The translations under genes and the position numbers were made by a program. Positions 58,095 to 64,000 of a stretch of 64,000 nt of DNA are shown piece after piece. Numbering within the stretch: position 1 is the first letter of the stretch; each line of letters begins with the position of its first letter. The notes beneath the pieces were generated by a model, which was not told where the DNA came from, searched no databases, and was given only the letters and a program-made list of their open reading frames with translations. Where the stretch lies: positions 39,671-103,670 of the forward strand of contig DATEEM010000085.1 in NCBI GenBank assembly GCA_035281125.1, given 5' to 3'. This stretch comes from Sphingomicrobium sp. (GTDB lineage Bacteria > Pseudomonadota > Alphaproteobacteria > Sphingomonadales > Sphingomonadaceae).

Positions 58095-59126
58095 ATGACC
58101 ATCATCCTCGGCCTTGAATCCTCGTGCGACGACAGCGCCGCGGCGCTGGTGACGTCGGAGCGCGAAATTCTGGCGCAGGTCGTCGTCGGCCAGGCCCAGG
58201 CGCACCAGCCTTACGGCGGGGTCGTCCCGGAGATCGCCGCGCGCGCGCATGCCGAGATCCTCCCCGGGGTGGTTCGCGAAGTGCTTGGCCAGGCGAACAT
58301 GTCGGTGCGCGACGTCGATGCGATCGCGGCGACCGCCGGCCCGGGGCTGATCGGCGGGGTCATGGTCGGGCTGCTCGCCGGGAAGGGCCTGGCGCTGGCC
58401 ACGGGAAGGCCGCTGATCGCGGTCAACCATCTCGAGGGGCACGCGCTCTCGCCGCGCTTGGTCGACCCTGATCTCGACTTCCCCTATCTTCTCCTGCTCG
58501 TCTCCGGCGGCCATTGCCAGTTGCTCGAAGTGCGCGGGGTCGGCGACTATCGCCGCCTCGCCACGACCATCGACGATGCCGCCGGAGAGGCGTTCGACAA
58601 GGCGGCCAAGCTGCTCGGGCTCGTTTATCCTGGCGGCCCGGCGATCGAGGCGTTGGCGCAATCCGGTGACCCGGACGCCGTCCCGCTGCCGCGGCCCCTG
58701 GTCGGGACCGCCGAGCCGCACTTCTCCTTCGCCGGGCTGAAAAGCGCGGTCCAGCGCGCGGTAGCGTCCGGCCGCCATCGCCGCGAGGATATTGCGGCGA
58801 GCTTCCAGCGGGCGGTCGTCGAATGTCTTGTCGATCGGACCCGAATCGCGCTCGACAAGACCGACGCTCCCGCTTTGGTCGCTGCCGGTGGGGTGGCAGC
58901 GAACCGCGCGATTCGAGACGAACTGGAAACGCTCGCGGCCTCCCGCGGGCGGCGGTTCGCCGTGCCCCCGGCCTGGCTGTGCACCGACAATGCGGCAATG
59001 ATCGCCTGGGCCGGGGTCGAGCGTTTCGCGGCCGACCTATGCGACGATCTCGCGGTACCGGCACGCGCGCGCTGGCCGCTCGACCCGCGCGCGGAGGCGG
59101 TCCGCGGCGCGGGGGTCAAGGCGTGA
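58095..59126 (+). CDS. tsaD: tRNA N6-adenosine threonylcarbamoyltransferase
   Basis: ILGLESSCDD, GGVVPEIAARAH, NHLEGH, SGGH, GEAFDK, CTDNAAMI. Confidence 0.97.
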   Translation: MTIILGLESSCDDSAAALVTSEREILAQVVVGQAQAHQPYGGVVPEIAARAHAEILPGVVREVLGQANMSVRDVDAIAATAGPGLIGGVMVGLLAGKGLALATGRPLIAVNHLEGHALSPRLVDPDLDFPYLLLLVSGGHCQLLEVRGVGDYRRLATTIDDAAGEAFDKAAKLLGLVYPGGPAIEALAQSGDPDAVPLPRPLVGTAEPHFSFAGLKSAVQRAVASGRHRREDIAASFQRAVVECLVDRTRIALDKTDAPALVAAGGVAANRAIRDELETLAASRGRRFAVPPAWLCTDNAAMIAWAGVERFAADLCDDLAVPARARWPLDPRAEAVRGAGVKA

Positions 59127-60103
59127 AGATCGGGGTCATCGGCGGCGGCGCCTGGGGCACTGCGCTCGCTCAGGTGGCCTCGGCCGGCGAACGCGAAACC
59201 ATTTTGTGGGCCCTGGAAGACGGCGTCGTCCACACCGTCAACCAGCGGCGCGAGAATGCATTGTTCCTGCCCGGCGTCCCGCTCAACGAATCGATCCGCG
59301 CGACCTCCAACCTTAGCGAACTCGACGGCTGCGATGCGTGGCTCGTCGTGACCCCGGCCCAGCACATGCGCGCGGTGTTGAGCCGGGCGCCGAAGGGCGA
59401 CCGGCCGCTCGTATTGTGCTCGAAAGGCATCGAGGAACGCAGCGGCAAGTTGCTTCACGAGGTCGCCCGGGAGACCTGTTCCGGAGCAAGCATCACTGTA
59501 CTCTCCGGCCCGACCTTCGCCCACGAGGTCGCCAGCGGCCTGCCGACAGCGGTAACGCTCGCGGCCGAGGACTCGTCCCTGGGTCGTCAACTCCGCGAGC
59601 GTGTCGCGCAGCCCTCCTTCCGCATCTATCTGTCGGACGATGTCGCCGGCGCCGAGATCGGCGGCGCGGTCAAGAACGTGCTGGCCATCGCCTGCGGCAT
59701 CGTCGAGGGCAAAGGCCTCGGGCAGAATGCCCGCGCCGCGCTGATCGCGCGCGGATTTGCCGAAATGTCTCGATTCGGCGTCGCCTGCGGGGCGAGCCGC
59801 GAGACGCTTGCCGGACTGTCCGGCCTCGGCGACCTCGTGCTGACCTGCTCGTCGACCAGCTCGCGCAATTACTCGCTCGGTGTCGGCATCGGCCAGGGTC
59901 GGCCCGCAAGCGAGCTCCTGTCCGACCGGAGGACCGTGGCGGAGGGGGCGTTTACTGCGCCGGTGCTCGCTCGAATTGCGCGCGAGCGCGACATCGACAT
60001 GCCGATCGTCGACGCCGTTGACTCGCTCCTGGCCGGCCGCTCGACGGTCGATGAAGTGCTTGAGGCGCTGCTGGCGCGGCCGTTGCGAGACGAAGGCGTT
60101 TAA
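59123..60103 (+). CDS. gpsA: NAD(P)H-dependent glycerol-3-phosphate dehydrogenase
   Basis: GGGAWGTALA, SKGIE, SGPTFA, KNVLAIACG, GLGDLVLTC, SRN. Confidence 0.97.
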   Translation: MKIGVIGGGAWGTALAQVASAGERETILWALEDGVVHTVNQRRENALFLPGVPLNESIRATSNLSELDGCDAWLVVTPAQHMRAVLSRAPKGDRPLVLCSKGIEERSGKLLHEVARETCSGASITVLSGPTFAHEVASGLPTAVTLAAEDSSLGRQLRERVAQPSFRIYLSDDVAGAEIGGAVKNVLAIACGIVEGKGLGQNARAALIARGFAEMSRFGVACGASRETLAGLSGLGDLVLTCSSTSSRNYSLGVGIGQGRPASELLSDRRTVAEGAFTAPVLARIARERDIDMPIVDAVDSLLAGRSTVDEVLEALLARPLRDEGV

Positions 60104-60115
60104 CGATCGACGATC

Positions 60116-61378
60116 ATGCCTGATGCTGAAGGCCTTGGTCCGCGGCGCGCCGCGTTGCGCATTCTCGACGACGTGCTGCGGAGCGGTGTCACCGTCGCCG
60201 CGGCGGCACCGCGGTTCGTCGCCGCATTGCCGGCCAACGATCGGGCGCTTGCCCTCGCGATCGTCGGCGAAACGCTCCGCCGCGTGCCGGAGCTCGACGC
60301 GCTGATCGATTCGACCACCCGCCAGCGCATGCCCGATGACGCTAAGGCGCGCATGGTCCTCCGTCTCGCGCTGGCTCAGAAGCTGGCGCTGACGGTTCCC
60401 GATCACGCCATCGTCGCCACCGCGCTCCCCCTGGTGGACGGCGGCCCGCGGCGATTGGTGCATGGGGTGCTGGGAACCCTGCTTCGCCGCTCCCTCGGTC
60501 CAGGCGCCTCGACCCCGCTACCGGCGGACGTCGAGCAGCGCTGGGGCAAGGCGTGGGACGCCGAGGTCGTGGAGGCGGCGCGCCGGCAGATCGTCCAACG
60601 CCCTTCTCTCGACCTAAGCTTCGCTTCGGGCGACGAGGCGGCCGCATTTGCCGCGAGCAACGATGGCAATAGCCTGGCGCCGAAACACGTCCGGCTCGCC
60701 GAAACCGGCGCGGTTACGGCGCTTGCCGATTATGCGGAAGGCAAATGGTGGGTCCAGGACCTCGCCGCTTCCCTGCCGGCACGCCTGGTTCCTGCTTCGG
60801 CCGAGGCCGTGCTCGATGCCTGCGCGGCTCCCGGTGGAAAGACCATGCAGCTCGCTGCGGCCGGCCATCGCGTGGTTGCGCTGGACTGGGACGAAGCCCG
60901 CGTTGCCCGCCTGTCCGAGAATCTCAAGCGAACTGGGCTTCAGGCCGAGCTGGCGGTCGCCGACGCGTTCAGCTGGGACGCGCCCAGGCCGTTCGACGCC
61001 GTCCTGCTCGATGCACCCTGCTCAGCGACCGGGACCTTCCGCCGTCACCCGGAAGTGCTCCATCGCGTCCGCGCCGGCTTCATTCGCGAAGCCGCCGATG
61101 CGCAGCTGCGCCTTCTGACCCGCGCCAAGGAGTGGATTCGCCCCGGCGGCGCTATCGTCTACTCGGTCTGTTCGCTCGAACCGGAGGAAGGCGAGCGCGT
61201 AATCGCCGGATTCCTCGATGCCAACAAGGACTTCACGGTCGAGGCCCCACGGCTTGGCGAGCTCCCGGACTTTGTGGCCGCGACTGCTGAATGCTTTGTC
61301 CGCATCCTCCCCGGACTGATCGAGGAACAAGGCGGGCTCGACGGCTTCTTCATCGCGCGGCTTGTCCGCCGCGGCTAA
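60116..61378 (+). CDS. rsmB: RsmB/NOP family RNA m5C methyltransferase
   Basis: WVQD, DACAAPGGKT, LLDAPCSATG, YSVCSL, DGFFIARL. Confidence 0.88.
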   Translation: MPDAEGLGPRRAALRILDDVLRSGVTVAAAAPRFVAALPANDRALALAIVGETLRRVPELDALIDSTTRQRMPDDAKARMVLRLALAQKLALTVPDHAIVATALPLVDGGPRRLVHGVLGTLLRRSLGPGASTPLPADVEQRWGKAWDAEVVEAARRQIVQRPSLDLSFASGDEAAAFAASNDGNSLAPKHVRLAETGAVTALADYAEGKWWVQDLAASLPARLVPASAEAVLDACAAPGGKTMQLAAAGHRVVALDWDEARVARLSENLKRTGLQAELAVADAFSWDAPRPFDAVLLDAPCSATGTFRRHPEVLHRVRAGFIREAADAQLRLLTRAKEWIRPGGAIVYSVCSLEPEEGERVIAGFLDANKDFTVEAPRLGELPDFVAATAECFVRILPGLIEEQGGLDGFFIARLVRRG

Positions 61379-61396
61379 TCCCGTCTAATCGGCGCC

Positions 61397-62059
61397 ATGG
61401 CCGGCCCGCTCATCGCTCCTTCGATCCTGTCCGCCGATTTCGCGCGGCTCGGTGAGGAAGTGCGGGCGATCGACGAGGCCGGTGCCGACTGGATCCATAT
61501 CGACGTGATGGACGGGCATTTCGTGCCCAACCTGACGATCGGCCCGGCCGTGGTCAAAGCGCTGCGGTCCCATTCGGCGAAGCCGTTCGATGTCCATCTG
61601 ATGATCTCGCCCGTCGACCCGTTCCTCGACGCCTTCGCCGAGGCCGGCGCCGACGTGATCACGGTGCATCCCGAAGCCGGCGCGCATCTCCATCGGACCG
61701 TCCAGCGGGTCAAGGCGCTCGGCAAGAAGGCCGGCGTTTCGCTCAACCCCGCGACTCCGGCCAAGGCGCTCGATTATGTGCTTGAAGAGATCGACCTCGT
61801 GCTGGTGATGAGCGTCAACCCTGGCTTCGGCGGGCAGAAGTTCATTTCCAGCCAGCTGCGGAAAATCGAGGCGATCGCCGGCCGCATCGGCAAGGCCGGG
61901 CTCGACGTTCAGCTCGAAGTCGACGGCGGGATTGACGCCGACACCGCCGCGCAAGCTGTCAATGCCGGCGCCAGCGTCCTGGTGGCGGGCACCGCGGCGT
62001 TCCGCGGTGGACCCTCGGCCTATGCCGACAACATCCGTTCGCTCAGAGGCGGAGGATGA
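61397..62059 (+). CDS. rpe: Ribulose-phosphate 3-epimerase
   Basis: [36 protein letters not shown]. Confidence 0.98.
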   Translation: MAGPLIAPSILSADFARLGEEVRAIDEAGADWIHIDVMDGHFVPNLTIGPAVVKALRSHSAKPFDVHLMISPVDPFLDAFAEAGADVITVHPEAGAHLHRTVQRVKALGKKAGVSLNPATPAKALDYVLEEIDLVLVMSVNPGFGGQKFISSQLRKIEAIAGRIGKAGLDVQLEVDGGIDADTAAQAVNAGASVLVAGTAAFRGGPSAYADNIRSLRGGG

Positions 62060-63708
62060 GCGGAACGGAATCCGCGGCCCAGCAGGATGTCGTTCGAAAG
62101 CTGGCACGCGGATCGTTTTTCTCCCGGCTTCGGCATTCCCGCCAGCCGTTGAAGCTCGTCGCCGTGCCGCGCGACCTCGTGCAAGGCGACCGCCAGCGCG
62201 GCGAAGCCTTGCTAGCCGGGCGGCTGGCCCTGGGTAGCGCGGGCCTTTCGCTGACGGAGCTGGATTTCGGGCAGCTTGGCGCCGCAGGCCCGCTGGCGCA
62301 GCATATCCAGGGCTTTTCGTGGCTTCGTGATCTCGCCGCGGCGGCATCGCGCGAAAAGGGCGCGCGCCTGGCCGAGGCGATCGTGGGCCGCTGGCTTCTC
62401 GCGCACGGAACCCGCGTCGACGAGGCCTGGTCGCCGAGCCTGTGGGGCGAACGGATCCTGTTCTGGACCGCTTATGCACCCTACATCCTGTCGAGCGCGG
62501 ACGCAGGCTATCGCTCGGCCCTTCTGAACACGCTGGCGCGCGGCGCCCGGCATCTCGATGGCAATGCCGACAAGGCGCCGGCGGGTCTTCATCGCGTGAC
62601 CGCCTGGTGCGGCGTGGTCGCCGCGGGCCTGCTGGTTCAAGGCGGGGTGCCGCGCGTTGCGCGCGGCGAAGCGGGACTCGCCCGGGCGCTCGCCTCGGCC
62701 CAGTTCGACGACGGCGGGCTCATCAGCCGGTCGCCGTTCGAGCAGGCGCTGCTGGTCGATCGCCTCGGCCTTCTCCGCGCCTGCTATTTCGCCGCGAAGC
62801 AAACGATTCCCGACACTCTCGAAGCGGCCGCGGCGGCCTCCCTGGCCGCACTTCATGGCATCACGCTTGGCGACGGCGCGCTGTCGAGCTGGCAGGGCTG
62901 CCACCCCGGCGAAGCCGCCCGCCTCGCAGCACTGGTCGAAGGCTGCGGGCTTCGCGCCCGGCCGCTTCGCCATGCCCGAGGATGGGGCTATCAGCGCCTC
63001 TCGGCGCTCGGCACGATCCTGGTCCTCGACGCGGCCCCGCCGCCCCCCCAAAAGATTGCGGCGCAGGGTTCGGCGTCGAGCCTGGCGTTCGAGCTTTCCG
63101 ACGGGACCCAGCGGCTGGTCGTCAATTGCGGCGGTCCCGGAGCGTTTCCGACCGCCCTTTCCGACGAGCTGGTCCAGGGCCTGCGCACGACCGCGGCGCA
63201 CAGTACGCTCGTACTGGCGGACACCAATTCGACCAACATCCTCCCCGACGGGTCGCTCGGCAAGGGCGTCGAGGACGTGACGATCGAGCGCAGCGAGGAC
63301 AATGACGCGAGCCGGCTCGAGGCCAGTCACGACGGCTACGTCCGCGCCTTCGGCCTGGTGCACAAGCGCAGCCTGATGGTCGGCAACGACGGCAAGGAAC
63401 TGCGCGGCGCTGACCAGCTCATCGCCAAGGGCCGGAAACGCATTCGCGAATCGGCGTCCTACGCGGTCCGCTTTCACCTTGCGCCCGCCGTGGAAGCGAC
63501 CATTACCGCCGACGGCATGGGCGCAATTCTGCGCTCCCGCGGGGTGCCGCCGTGGAATTTCCGCTGCCGCGGCGGCAATCTGACGATCGAGGAAAGCCTG
63601 TGGATCGACGGCCGCGGCCAGCCGCGGAACACGACGCAGCTCGTCATCGTCGGCGAAGTCTCGGCCCTCGGCGGGGAAATCGGCTGGCAGTTTCGCCGGG
63701 CAAGCTGA
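62056..63708 (+). CDS. Heparinase II/III family protein
   Basis: [38 protein letters not shown]; rpe-purH context. Confidence 0.85.
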   Translation: MSGTESAAQQDVVRKLARGSFFSRLRHSRQPLKLVAVPRDLVQGDRQRGEALLAGRLALGSAGLSLTELDFGQLGAAGPLAQHIQGFSWLRDLAAAASREKGARLAEAIVGRWLLAHGTRVDEAWSPSLWGERILFWTAYAPYILSSADAGYRSALLNTLARGARHLDGNADKAPAGLHRVTAWCGVVAAGLLVQGGVPRVARGEAGLARALASAQFDDGGLISRSPFEQALLVDRLGLLRACYFAAKQTIPDTLEAAAAASLAALHGITLGDGALSSWQGCHPGEAARLAALVEGCGLRARPLRHARGWGYQRLSALGTILVLDAAPPPPQKIAAQGSASSLAFELSDGTQRLVVNCGGPGAFPTALSDELVQGLRTTAAHSTLVLADTNSTNILPDGSLGKGVEDVTIERSEDNDASRLEASHDGYVRAFGLVHKRSLMVGNDGKELRGADQLIAKGRKRIRESASYAVRFHLAPAVEATITADGMGAILRSRGVPPWNFRCRGGNLTIEESLWIDGRGQPRNTTQLVIVGEVSALGGEIGWQFRRAS

Positions 63709-63719
63709 AGAGGAACGCG

Positions 63720-64000
63720 ATGACCGACCTTGTACCCGTGCGCCGGGCCCTGATTTCGCTATCCGACAAGGATGGTCTCGACGCGCTCGCCGCCGGGCTC
63801 CGGCGACACGGGGTGGAGATCGTCTCGACCGGAGGCACCGCGGCAAAGCTGCGCGAACTTGGCGCCGAGGTGCGCGACATCTCCGACGTCACCGGCTTCC
63901 CGGAGATGATGGACGGCCGGCTCAAGACACTTCATCCCAAGGTTCACGGCGGCCTCCTCGGCGTGCGCGACAAACCCGACCATGTCGCGGCCATGGAAGC
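63720..64000 (+). CDS. purH: Bifunctional AICAR transformylase/IMP cyclohydrolase; 3' end runs off the window
   Basis: Not in the ORF track; hand translation [37 protein letters not shown]. Confidence 0.96.
   Translation, partial: MTDLVPVRRALISLSDKDGLDALAAGLRRHGVEIVSTGGTAAKLRELGAEVRDISDVTGFPEMMDGRLKTLHPKVHGGLLGVRDKPDHVAAME

Noticed and set aside
1-64000. CRISPR arrays, IS elements, prophage, rRNA
   Set aside because: No regularly spaced repeats, transposase, phage or rRNA sequence recognized
1-64000. KOPS (GGGNAGGG) polarity switch as support for oriC
   Set aside because: Could not count reliably by eye, and the two sites seen to the right of oriC (56851 on +, 48780 on -) point opposite ways; needs a computed genome-wide scan

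Overview
A high-GC alphaproteobacterial chromosome segment, most like Sphingomonadaceae (taxon inferred from gene order and protein sequences). It spans the probable replication origin and is mostly core genome. In order it carries gltX, nadE, prs, rpmI-rplT-pheST, ftsEX, a ZitP-like zinc-finger protein, tRNA-Leu, PBP1A, mmcB, hpf/ptsN and dnaQ-coaE-maf. A hemE-linked oriC candidate (about 29530-29823) follows, then hemE-hemJ-rho, mnmE-mnmG-rsmG-parA-parB with three parS sites, holA-lptE-leuS, xth, lolA-ftsK, cnoX, tRNA-Gly, hemCD-mic60, tsaD-gpsA and rsmB-rpe-purH. The most interesting part is 14130-20820: a complete but unclassified chaperone-usher-type fimbrial system with an usher-like protein, a PapD-like chaperone and three DUF4402-type subunits. 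Nearby is a 73-aa secreted microprotein carrying a pilin donor-strand-like segment. Five of these genes each have a CtrA-like TTAA-N7-TTAA(CCA) motif directly upstream. Other notable items are a candidate multi-hairpin C-rich-loop sRNA between lolA and xth, absence of aroE and the PPDK-regulator gene from the origin-flanking operon, a class A beta-lactamase-like gene with a long omega-loop insertion, and an exported DUF2225-like protein. I saw no CRISPR array, integrase or IS element. Family assignments come from motif recognition by eye, not database searches.
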